In this document: piece by piece, positions 34,585 to 41,914 of the stretch
Numbering within the stretch: position 1 is the stretch's first letter
Layout: every line of letters starts with the position of its first letter
NCBI GenBank assembly: GCA_964609835.1
Contig: CAZSTH010000003.1
Location: 10,101 to 74,100 of the forward strand
DNA length: 64,000 nucleotides
From: an uncultured Thermoanaerobaculia bacterium
GTDB lineage: Bacteria > Acidobacteriota > Thermoanaerobaculia > Thermoanaerobaculales > Sulfomarinibacteraceae
Reading direction: 5' to 3'
The notes under the pieces: model-generated
What the model was told of the DNA's origin: nothing
Databases searched by the model: none
Seen by the model: the letters and a program-made list of their open reading frames with translations, nothing else
Made by a program: the position numbers and the translations under genes

Positions 34585-35784
34585 TTGGTCATGAACACGC
34601 ATCCTCGAACCGACAGCACGCTGGCCGGGCTGGACTGGCTGATCATCGGCGGCGGGATCCATGGCGTCCACATTGCCGCCCGGCTCATCGGAGAAGGTCG
34701 AGTGGCATCCGAGCGGCTGCGCATCCTGGAACCCGCGGACCGGTTGCTCGCGCGATGGCGGACGTGCACCGCGACGACGGGCATGACCCACCTCCGCTCT
34801 CCGTCGGTCCACCATCTCGACCTCGATCCTTGGTCGCTCCAGCGCTTTGCCGGCGCGCAGAGTGTCCCCAGGTCCAAGCTCTTCGCACCCCCGTACGACC
34901 GGCCTTCGTTGGAGCTCTTCAATGCGCACAGCGACCGGGTGGTGGCGGCCTATGCGCTCGAGGACCTGCACATTCGCGGTCGCGCCGCGGCATGCGAGGT
35001 CCACCGCGATGGTGTGGCCGTTCGCACCGCCGACGGGGTCGAAATCGACGCGCGCTCCGTGGTGCTGGCGATCGGTGCGAGCGAGCAGCCGGAGTGGCCC
35101 GATTGGGCGCCGCGGGCCCACCCTCGCATTGCCCACGTGTACGAGCCGGGCTTCGCGGGATGGCCGTCTCCCGACCTTGAGGTGGTGGCCGTCGTGGGCG
35201 GTGGAATCTCGGCCACCCAGGTGGCGCTCCGACTGGCCGACGAAGGCCATCAGGTTCACCTCATCACCCGGCACCATCTCCGCCGGCATCAGTTCGACAG
35301 CGACCCGGGCTGGCTCGGCCCGAAGTTCATGGCGAAGTTCCATCGCGAGCGGAACCTCGACCGGCGTCGCGCGATGATCCTCAAGGCTCGTCACCGGGGT
35401 TCGGTGCCGCCGGACGTCCGGCAGGCACTCCACAAGGCCGTCGACCAGGGGCGGATCGCCCGCCACGTGACTGAGATCGAGGGGGTTGTGGCCGGGGGCG
35501 ACGGGCTCCGACTTCGTCTGGCCGATGCCGAGTGCCTCGAGGTGGAGCGCGTGCTGCTCGCCACCGGCTTCGCGCCAGAGCGCCCGGGAAAAGCGATGGT
35601 GGACGAGCTGGTCGCTTCTGCCGGATTGCCATGCGCACGCTGCGGGTACCCGGTGGTCGACTCGGCGCTGCGCTGGCATCCCAGGATTCACGTGTCCGGC
35701 CCGCTCGCCGAGCTGGAGCTCGGCCCGGCCTCGAGGAACATCGCCGGGGCTCGTGACGCCGCCGACCGGTTGGTCGAGGTGTGA
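34585..35784 (+). CDS. FAD/NAD(P)-binding two-dinucleotide-domain flavoprotein (uncharacterised oxidoreductase/monooxygenase)
   Basis: IIGGGIHGVHIA and VVGGGISATQVA Rossmann motifs. LLATGF near the C-terminus. Confidence 0.7.
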   Translation: MVMNTHPRTDSTLAGLDWLIIGGGIHGVHIAARLIGEGRVASERLRILEPADRLLARWRTCTATTGMTHLRSPSVHHLDLDPWSLQRFAGAQSVPRSKLFAPPYDRPSLELFNAHSDRVVAAYALEDLHIRGRAAACEVHRDGVAVRTADGVEIDARSVVLAIGASEQPEWPDWAPRAHPRIAHVYEPGFAGWPSPDLEVVAVVGGGISATQVALRLADEGHQVHLITRHHLRRHQFDSDPGWLGPKFMAKFHRERNLDRRRAMILKARHRGSVPPDVRQALHKAVDQGRIARHVTEIEGVVAGGDGLRLRLADAECLEVERVLLATGFAPERPGKAMVDELVASAGLPCARCGYPVVDSALRWHPRIHVSGPLAELELGPASRNIAGARDAADRLVEV

Positions 35785-35785
35785 G

Positions 35786-36196
35786 ATGGCGATTCATGCG
35801 ACTCAAGCTCTCACGGGAGTGCGTCTGCCACGCCTCAGGGTGAGCTTTCGCTCCACAGAGCTGAGAACAGCCTCCGCCTGCGTTTGCCTGGTAATGATCG
35901 GGTGGGCCCTCGCGGGAAGCTGGCCGGCTCACACCTGCATCCCTCGCTGCCACAGCGACGGCTGCCATTCGACAAGTGCTTCTCACAGCAAGACCGGGCT
36001 GTCCGCGCTCCACGTTGAGAATGCTCGGGGCTGTCCTGCGTGTCATCTGCTGCGCTGCCTCCAGCACACCACCTGCGTGGCGCCCCCGACCATTCTGAGC
36101 GCCCCCCATCGAGAGCCATACTCATCGATCGAACGCCGGTTCTCGTCGGCGCCGGTCCGCCCGTTCGGTTGCGCGCGCGCTCCTCCTCGCGTCTGA
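35786..36196 (+). CDS. small membrane-anchored Cys/His-rich protein, DUF2946-like
   Basis: The ATG is 2 nt after the flavoprotein stop. One TM (CVCLVMIGWALAG). Motifs CIPRCHSDGCH and CPACHLLRC. The C-terminus ...CARAPPRV resembles the ARAPP ending I recall for DUF2946. Sits directly upstream of a TonB-dependent receptor, as that family usually does. Confidence 0.55.
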   Translation: MAIHATQALTGVRLPRLRVSFRSTELRTASACVCLVMIGWALAGSWPAHTCIPRCHSDGCHSTSASHSKTGLSALHVENARGCPACHLLRCLQHTTCVAPPTILSAPHREPYSSIERRFSSAPVRPFGCARAPPRV

Positions 36197-36248
36197 GTCC
36201 GTTCCGTCCGACAGCTCTGACGACGAAACAAACTCCAAGGAGGAGACC

Positions 36249-38495
36249 ATGCTTACATCGAGCTTCAAGCGCCGCTTGGCGTGTGCTGCGTTTGTCATCG
36301 TGTCCCTATCGTCCATCGTCTTCGCGGTCACTCCCGCGCCATCGCGAGCCGGCCACACCCTCGAGGGGCTGGTGGTCGAAGCGGGAGGCGCGACCGCCCT
36401 TCCCGGCGCCCAGGTCCACCTGGTCGAGCTGAACCGGGTCGTCTCGAGCGACGACCTCGGTCGCTTCGTCCTGCGCAACGTCCCTCCGGGGCGCTTCACT
36501 CTGGGCGTGCATCTCGCCGGCTTCGCCAGCTACCACGCGGCGATCGACATCCCGAGCGGAGAGGTCACGGTCGAGCTCGCACCGGCGCTTTTCGAGGACG
36601 AGATCTCGGTCACCGCCTCGCCCTTCGCCGTCGACCGCCTCGAGGTCGCTCAGCAGGTCGATGTGGTGGCGGGAGAGGAGATCAAGCGGGCGAGCACCGC
36701 CTCACTCGGCCAGGCCCTGAGCGCCGTCCCCGGCGTCGCCAACATCCCGACCGGCGAAGCGCTGGGCACGCCGGTGATCCGCGGTCTCTCCGAGAGTCGC
36801 ATTCGCGTGCTCAGCGACGGGGTGCCCTTGAACCACCAGCAGTGGAGCTGGCGGCACTCGCCCAACGTCGAGGCCAGCCTGGCGCGCTCCGTCGAGGTTG
36901 TCCGCGGGCCGGCGAGCGTCCTGTACGGCCCGGACGCCATGGGTGGCGTGATCAATGTCATCCCGCCGCCGTTGCTCGCCGCCCACGGCAATGATCCCGT
37001 GGTTCGTGGCGAGGTCGCCGCGGGCTGGGGCAGCAACGCAGACGAGTTCACGGGTCGTGCCGAGGCGGAGGGTGCTGCCGGTGGCTTCGGCTGGAATCTC
37101 GGCCTCGTCCGCCGCGATTCCGGCGACATCGAGACTCCCGACGGCACGCTCGACAACACCGACTTCGAGCAGACCAACGGCAACGCGACCGTCGGGCTGT
37201 CAGGCGCCTGGGGAACCGCCCGGGTGCGGTGGAACCACTGGGAGCTCGACACCGGCTTCTTCAGGCCGCCCGACTTCCGGTTGAAGCTCGACAACGACCT
37301 GTTTGCCGGTGATCTCTACATCCCGACTCGGATCGGAGATCTCGAGTTCTCGTTCGGCCACCAGACCAACATCCGACAGGCCTTCCCGGCGGCGCTCGGA
37401 GGCCAGCCATCGGTTGACCTGAAGCTCGTGACCCAGAGCAACCGAGCCAGCCTCAACCATCAACCCATCGGTCCGTTCCGCGGTCGTGTCGCAGTCGAGT
37501 ACATCGGGCTCAACAACACACCCCGTGCCCTCGGCCGCCTTCTGCCCGAGTACACGAGCGACGGATACGCGGTGATGGTGTTCGAAGAAGGCCGATTCCT
37601 CCGCGAGGACGACTTCGATCGCTTGGTGGTGAGCTTCGGCGCGCGATGGGACGGGTCGGACATGGAGGTGCCGACCGATCTCAGCCGGAACCTGCCTGAC
37701 GGTTTCTCCAACGACTACAGCGCGGTGACCGGTTCGCTCGGCGTGGTGTATCGAATCAACCGCACCGTGTCGCTGGCCGGCAACCTTGGGCGCGGCTGGC
37801 GCCCACCGAACGCCTTCGAGCTGTTTGCCAACGGGGTTCACGGAGGGGTTTCGGCCGTGCAGATCGGCAATTCAAATCTCGAAGAAGAAGAAAACCTCAA
37901 CGCAGAGCTGTCGGTGCGCTACGAGAGCGGCCGGTTCCGGGGCTACGTCACCGGCTACCGGACCGAGTTCGACCGCTTCATCTACATGGCCGACACCGGA
38001 GAGGTGCAGGGCGCCCTGCCGGTGTTCGAGTTTCGGCAGGCGGATGCCACGATCCAAGGTTTCGAGGCCTCGCTGGAGGGGCTCGCCACCGACTGGCTTC
38101 GCCTCGGGGCGACCTACGCCCTCGTCGACACGGAGAATGACGAGACCGGCACCCCGCTGCCGCAGGAGCCGGCGGCGAGGTGGCTGCTGCTCGCATCGGT
38201 CGAAGGCCGAAGGCTCGGTCCGCTGCGCGAGCCGTTCGTCGGCATCGACGTCTACCTGGTGAACTCACAGGAAGTCTCCGGGCCCGACGAGCCTTTCGGG
38301 GTGGCGACCGACAGCTACGAGCTGGTCGATCTCCGCGCGGGATTCGAGCTGCCTGCAGGCAGCGTGACGTGGGGCCTCGACCTCACGGTGCGCAACCTCT
38401 TCGACAAGGCCTACACCGACTTCCTCTACAGCTACAAGGCGGTTGCCCTCAACCCCGGTCGCGACGTGCGATTGGTCGGGCGCCTTCGATTCTGA
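36249..38495 (+). CDS. TonB-dependent outer-membrane receptor with N-terminal carboxypeptidase-regulatory-like domain
   Basis: Signal peptide. CarboxypepD_reg-like beta-sandwich (GLVVEAGG...LRNVPPGRFTL). Plug domain (VIRGLSESRIRVLSDGVPL...VEVVRGPASVLYGPDAMGGVINV). C-terminal ...VGRLRF. Confidence 0.9.
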   Translation: MLTSSFKRRLACAAFVIVSLSSIVFAVTPAPSRAGHTLEGLVVEAGGATALPGAQVHLVELNRVVSSDDLGRFVLRNVPPGRFTLGVHLAGFASYHAAIDIPSGEVTVELAPALFEDEISVTASPFAVDRLEVAQQVDVVAGEEIKRASTASLGQALSAVPGVANIPTGEALGTPVIRGLSESRIRVLSDGVPLNHQQWSWRHSPNVEASLARSVEVVRGPASVLYGPDAMGGVINVIPPPLLAAHGNDPVVRGEVAAGWGSNADEFTGRAEAEGAAGGFGWNLGLVRRDSGDIETPDGTLDNTDFEQTNGNATVGLSGAWGTARVRWNHWELDTGFFRPPDFRLKLDNDLFAGDLYIPTRIGDLEFSFGHQTNIRQAFPAALGGQPSVDLKLVTQSNRASLNHQPIGPFRGRVAVEYIGLNNTPRALGRLLPEYTSDGYAVMVFEEGRFLREDDFDRLVVSFGARWDGSDMEVPTDLSRNLPDGFSNDYSAVTGSLGVVYRINRTVSLAGNLGRGWRPPNAFELFANGVHGGVSAVQIGNSNLEEEENLNAELSVRYESGRFRGYVTGYRTEFDRFIYMADTGEVQGALPVFEFRQADATIQGFEASLEGLATDWLRLGATYALVDTENDETGTPLPQEPAARWLLLASVEGRRLGPLREPFVGIDVYLVNSQEVSGPDEPFGVATDSYELVDLRAGFELPAGSVTWGLDLTVRNLFDKAYTDFLYSYKAVALNPGRDVRLVGRLRF

Positions 38496-38544
38496 CCTCG
38501 ACTGAACTCCTACGCGTCAGCCACCCGGATGAGGGTGGCTGGCG
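38445..38544 (+). repeat. TBDR 3' end plus hairpin, copy 1 of a 100-bp duplicated segment
   Basis: Gapless 76/100 match to 39515-39614. Contains the stop codon and the hairpin CCACCC-GGATGA-GGGTGG (38521-38). Confidence 0.85.
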
Positions 38545-38654
38545 ACTTCGATCGCGTGGCGGGTAAACCTGGGCGGGGAACCACCAGCGCCCGCCCGACA
38601 CCGACGAGAAGCGCGACGCGTCGGACGATCACTCGGAGACGAACGATGACCCCG

Positions 38655-38699
38655 CCTCAAAATGAACAATGCCGCCCTTCCGCACGGCGAAAGGGCGGC
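38655..38699 (-). terminator. probable terminator of the NTF2-like lipoprotein gene
   Basis: 9-bp stem GCCGCCCTT / AAGGGCGGC (38671-79 / 38691-99), followed on the minus strand by ATTGTTCATTTTGAGG. Confidence 0.5.
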
Positions 38700-38760
38700 G
38701 ATTTCGAGAACTGAGGACGTGCTGAGGTTCCCGGGCGTGGCTGAAGCCGCGCGCGGCGGA

Positions 38761-39372
38761 TCAGTCGGCCGGCGAGAACGGCAACGACGAGTGATGCAGG
38801 TTGATGCGGAGGTTGCCCTCAGCGTCGCGGATGTAGCCGAATGAGTATTCGACCTTGGTTTCGACCCCCTCCTCGTTGGTGAAGTAGTAGTTGCCCATCG
38901 CGACCGCGGTGTCGCCGAGCACGGAGATAGCGGTCTCGTCCCAGCGGACGTTCGTGTAGGGCGCGATCGCAAAGCCCTTGTCCTCGGGATGGTCATCGTT
39001 GCCGCCAACGAAGTAGCTGAGCGCCTGCTCGAAGGTCTCGCGATACTGGTCCTCGGAGGCGAGCGTCGGCTTGAAGAGCACCGGCCCGAGATCATAGGCG
39101 TACAGCGTGTTGATGTGCTCGCTGGCCCGCGCGACGTAGTCGCCCTCCTCGCGATAGACCTTGCCGATGGCGACGATGCCGTCACCCCAGGCTTTCTGGG
39201 CGGCCAGGACCTCGTTCTCGGTGATGGGGTTAGCGGTCGTCGCAGCGTCAGCGGTGGCGGTGGCATCGTCGTCGTAACCGTTGCCGGTTGGCGCCTGCTG
39301 GGCGCACCCGGTGACGACCAGCGAGAGGAACAAAACGGTCATCATGGCATTGCGGGAAAGAGCGTTTGTCAT
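38761..39372 (-). CDS. NTF2-like (SnoaL/DUF4440-type) lipoprotein
   Basis: Lipobox LVVTGC. Low-complexity Asp/Ala/Thr linker. Then an NTF2-fold-like pattern (EVLAAQKAWGDGIVAIG...VLFKPTLA...GNYYF). Confidence 0.65.
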   Translation of the reverse strand: MTNALSRNAMMTVLFLSLVVTGCAQQAPTGNGYDDDATATADAATTANPITENEVLAAQKAWGDGIVAIGKVYREEGDYVARASEHINTLYAYDLGPVLFKPTLASEDQYRETFEQALSYFVGGNDDHPEDKGFAIAPYTNVRWDETAISVLGDTAVAMGNYYFTNEEGVETKVEYSFGYIRDAEGNLRINLHHSSLPFSPAD

Positions 39373-39514
39373 TGTGTTCAGCCTCCATCCGGTTGTGTCT
39401 TCGTGTCAGAAACCTCGAGTTACTACCGACACCTTTGTCGAGCAAAAAAAGCCCCCGCGATAACCCGAGGCTCGGATTTCCTATTCCGTCCGCGATGTCC
39501 GCGTCGAGGCGTTC

Positions 39515-39614
39515 GCGCTCAACCCTTGCCGCGACGTGCGAGTGGTGGGTCGCCTTCGATTCTGACCCCGACGGAACGACGTGCTGCCATCCACCTAGCT
39601 CGAGGTGGCTGGCG
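39515..39614 (+). repeat. orphan TBDR 3'-end remnant plus hairpin, copy 2
   Basis: Reads ALNPCRDVRVVGRLRF-stop, versus ALNPGRDVRLVGRLRF-stop in the intact gene. The hairpin CCACCT-AGCTCG-AGGTGG carries compensatory changes. Confidence 0.85.
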
Positions 39615-39647
39615 GCATTGTTCGCGTCTCGAAATCGTCCGAAACGG

Positions 39648-39821
39648 TCACTTCAACGGCTCTGGCTGGCAGAGGTTGGTCGCCTCGTTGGCCGCTCGGG
39701 CGCAGGCGGTGCAGATGAACTTTGGCTCGTCGACCAGCGGCTTGATCTTCTCGATTTCGATCGTACAGGGGCAGCAGGTCATCGAGCACAACTTTTCGGG
39801 TCCACAGCAGCTTTCGCTCAT
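39648..39821 (-). CDS. unannotated 57-aa cysteine-rich protein (candidate metal-binding / metallothionein-like)
   Basis: MSESCCGPEKLCSMTCCPCTIEIEKIKPLVDEPKFICTACARAANEATNLCQPEPLK. AAGGAG lies 6 nt before the ATG. 48 of 57 codons end in G/C. 9 Cys. Below the 60-aa cutoff of the ORF track. Confidence 0.65.
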   Translation of the reverse strand: MSESCCGPEKLCSMTCCPCTIEIEKIKPLVDEPKFICTACARAANEATNLCQPEPLK

Positions 39822-39859
39822 CGTTGTCTCCTTGCGGTCAGTGGTGAGTTCATCATCGA

Positions 39860-39888
39860 AGATTACTGAGTACTGTCGTCGGCGTCAA
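39860..39888 (-). promoter_or_regulatory. sigma70-type promoter of the Cys-rich ORF (TTGACG-17-TAATCT)
   Basis: Minus strand: TTGACG (39888-83), 17 nt, TAATCT (39865-60). A second TTGACGCCGA copy lies 10 bp upstream. The GTTAAATTG direct repeat (39936-44, 39947-55) lies further upstream. Confidence 0.5.
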
Positions 39889-39975
39889 TCGGCGTCAAAT
39901 GGTGGCGGTCGGGATAGAACCTTGGCGCGCGCGACGTTAAATTGAGGTTAAATTGTGTCGGCCTTTCGGTGGTAC

Positions 39976-40007
39976 GATTCCTACGTAACTCCGTACCTGG
40001 GATCTAT
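39976..40007 (+). repeat. right copy of the 32-bp imperfect direct repeat bounding the Zn island
   Basis: See 27034-27065. Followed by the hairpin GTCATCCC-ATTC-GGGATGAC, downstream of the beta-CASP gene. Confidence 0.8.
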
Positions 40008-40072
40008 AGCGGTCATCCCATTCGGGATGACTTCCCGCGATTCCGTCGGCGGCCGGTGCGATCGTCGGGTGC

Positions 40073-41659
40073 CTATTCGTCCAGTGCCGCCCTCAATCTG
40101 GCGATGAGTTGCTCCCGTTTTGCGGGTTCGGGAGTGGCCTGCAGCCGGTCCGCCAGGCGGAGAATGAAAATGGCGTAGTCGCTGTGCCAGTCGCGTTCGA
40201 GAGCGGCGTCCTCGATGCGCTCGGCAGCCCGGCCCTTGCTCTGGGCGGTACCGGCCACCAATTCGAATGTTTCATCAAAGGAGGGGATGACGATTTTCTC
40301 GGAACTCAGTCCGCGCTCGATCAAGATCTCGGCCAGTGCGCGACGTGCGCCGTCGTCGCCGTGGTTGAGAAAGAGCCGTCCGATCACCGGTGTTCTCTCC
40401 ATGATCCAGTCGGCCAGCTCCGATTGGTCGGCGTGGGCGGAGTAGTTCCCGATGCGACGGATTTGCGCCGCTACATTGAACTCCCGGCCGTGGATCCGTA
40501 CCTTTTTGGCGCCGTTCGAAATCACATGGCCGAGGGAACCCGGGGCCTGATAACCCACGAACAGGATCGTGGCCTCGGGCCGCCAGATGTTCGCCCGCAA
40601 GTGGTGCTTGATGCGGCCGGCGTCGCACATCCCGCTGGCCGAGATGATGATGGCCCCGCCGGCGACGCCGTTGATGTTCTTACTCTCCTGAACCGTCTGC
40701 ACCAGACGGAAGTTCTTGTGTTTGAAAAGCTCGGCTCCCTCCACGTCGACGTCTTCGAGCGAGTCGGAATAGCGCATGAAGACCTCGGTGGCCTTCCTGG
40801 CAAGCGGTGAATCCAGGTAGACGGTGGCCTCGGGGATCTCGCGCTGAATCAGCAGCGTGTGGATGTCGTGCAGCAGCTCCTGGCTGCGTTCGAGGGCGAA
40901 GGCCGGTATAACGACGTTTCCGCCGCGCTCGAGCCCGGCCGTCAGCTCGGCCTGCAGAATCCCGCGCCGGCTTTCGATGGTGTAGTCCGGACGCTCGCGG
41001 TCGCCGTAGGTGGCTTCGCAGACAACATAGTCAAAGCCCTCGGGTGCCTCCGGCTCGGGGTGGAAAACCTTGTGCTCCGGACCGAGGTCGCCGGAGAACA
41101 GGGCGCGCAGAGTGTTCCCGGAGCGGTCCGGATCGAACATCACTTCGGCCGAAGCCGACCCGAGAATGTGGCCCGCGTTCCAATACCGCACCTGCACGCC
41201 TTCTTTGGGCTCGAACCATGTTTCGTAATCCATGCGCCTCATCCGGGCGAGGGCGGCAGCGACATCCTCGGAGGAGTAGGCGGGCTCGATCAGTGGCAGC
41301 CCGCGCCGCTTCAGGCTTCGATTGCGCCGCTCGGCGTTGGACTCCTGAATGTGGGCCGAATCGGCGAGCATGAACTGCAGCAGGTCCGCCGTCGCCCGCG
41401 TCGCGAAGATCGGGCCCTCGAAACCCTCCTTGACCAGTTTGGGCACCAGACCGCTGTGGTCGATGTGAGCGTGGGTCAGAATCAGAAAGTCGATCGTGGA
41501 GGGTTCGAATGGGAAGTCCCGCGAGTTGAGCTCGCGCACCGACTTGTTGCCCTGATATAAACCGCAGTCGATCAGAAACCGGGTCTCGTCCGATTCGATC
41601 AGCGAGCAGGATCCGGTGACTGTCCCGGCCGCGCCATGGAAGGAGATGTGGGTCGTCAT
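40073..41659 (-). CDS. MBL-fold beta-CASP family hydrolase (RNA-metabolising metallo-beta-lactamase)
   Basis: LTHAHIDHSG motif. Beta-CASP region. C-terminal RMMBL-like region (YSAHADQSEL). GGAGG RBS before the ATG at 41659. Confidence 0.8.
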   Translation of the reverse strand: MTTHISFHGAAGTVTGSCSLIESDETRFLIDCGLYQGNKSVRELNSRDFPFEPSTIDFLILTHAHIDHSGLVPKLVKEGFEGPIFATRATADLLQFMLADSAHIQESNAERRNRSLKRRGLPLIEPAYSSEDVAAALARMRRMDYETWFEPKEGVQVRYWNAGHILGSASAEVMFDPDRSGNTLRALFSGDLGPEHKVFHPEPEAPEGFDYVVCEATYGDRERPDYTIESRRGILQAELTAGLERGGNVVIPAFALERSQELLHDIHTLLIQREIPEATVYLDSPLARKATEVFMRYSDSLEDVDVEGAELFKHKNFRLVQTVQESKNINGVAGGAIIISASGMCDAGRIKHHLRANIWRPEATILFVGYQAPGSLGHVISNGAKKVRIHGREFNVAAQIRRIGNYSAHADQSELADWIMERTPVIGRLFLNHGDDGARRALAEILIERGLSSEKIVIPSFDETFELVAGTAQSKGRAAERIEDAALERDWHSDYAIFILRLADRLQATPEPAKREQLIARLRAALDE

Positions 41660-41914
41660 CGCGCCTCCGATTGCAGGGCGATCATCATACCGGGAGACAG
41701 GAGATCGCCAAGCACCCCTATGCCGGACAAATGTCGCTCGCGCTCCTTTCCAGATTTGCGACAGCAACCGTGTCAGGTATCACAACCTCACGATAGCTGG
41801 TGGATTCGAACTGGAGTTCGGCGAGTCGGTCGCGAAGTGCGTGTTCGTCGGCCGACATGCTGACGAGAGCGTCAGGCCGAGGCCGTCGGTGAGCGTCGAC
41901 AGCCGCGACACCTC

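Noticed and set aside
33379-35691. A 770-aa minus-strand ORF, and many other very long ORFs antisense to annotated genes (for example 246-1481, 1241-2629, 6261-7421, 7494-8810, 49848-51530, 52696-54510, 61631-63325).
   Set aside because: These are typical shadow ORFs of a high-GC genome. Their translations are Arg/Pro/Gly/Ala-rich low-complexity strings with no recognisable motifs. The opposite strand in each case encodes a protein with clear family signatures and RBS or overlap logic.
41795-41815. GGTTCGAATCC-like T-loop sequence on the minus strand, suggesting a tRNA or tRNA fragment (a potential integration site).
   Set aside because: The flanking bases do not form a T-stem, acceptor stem or anticodon arm, and no cloverleaf can be drawn. 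The match is limited to about 11 nt.
41718-41860. 47-codon minus-strand ORF (MSADEHALRDRLAELQFESTSYREVVIPDTVAVANLERSASDICPA) between the hydrolase and the beta-CASP gene.
   Set aside because: No Shine-Dalgarno sequence. GC3 is only about 60%, against more than 80% in neighbouring genes, and there is no recognisable family. It is probably a non-coding leader of the beta-CASP gene or a decayed fragment.
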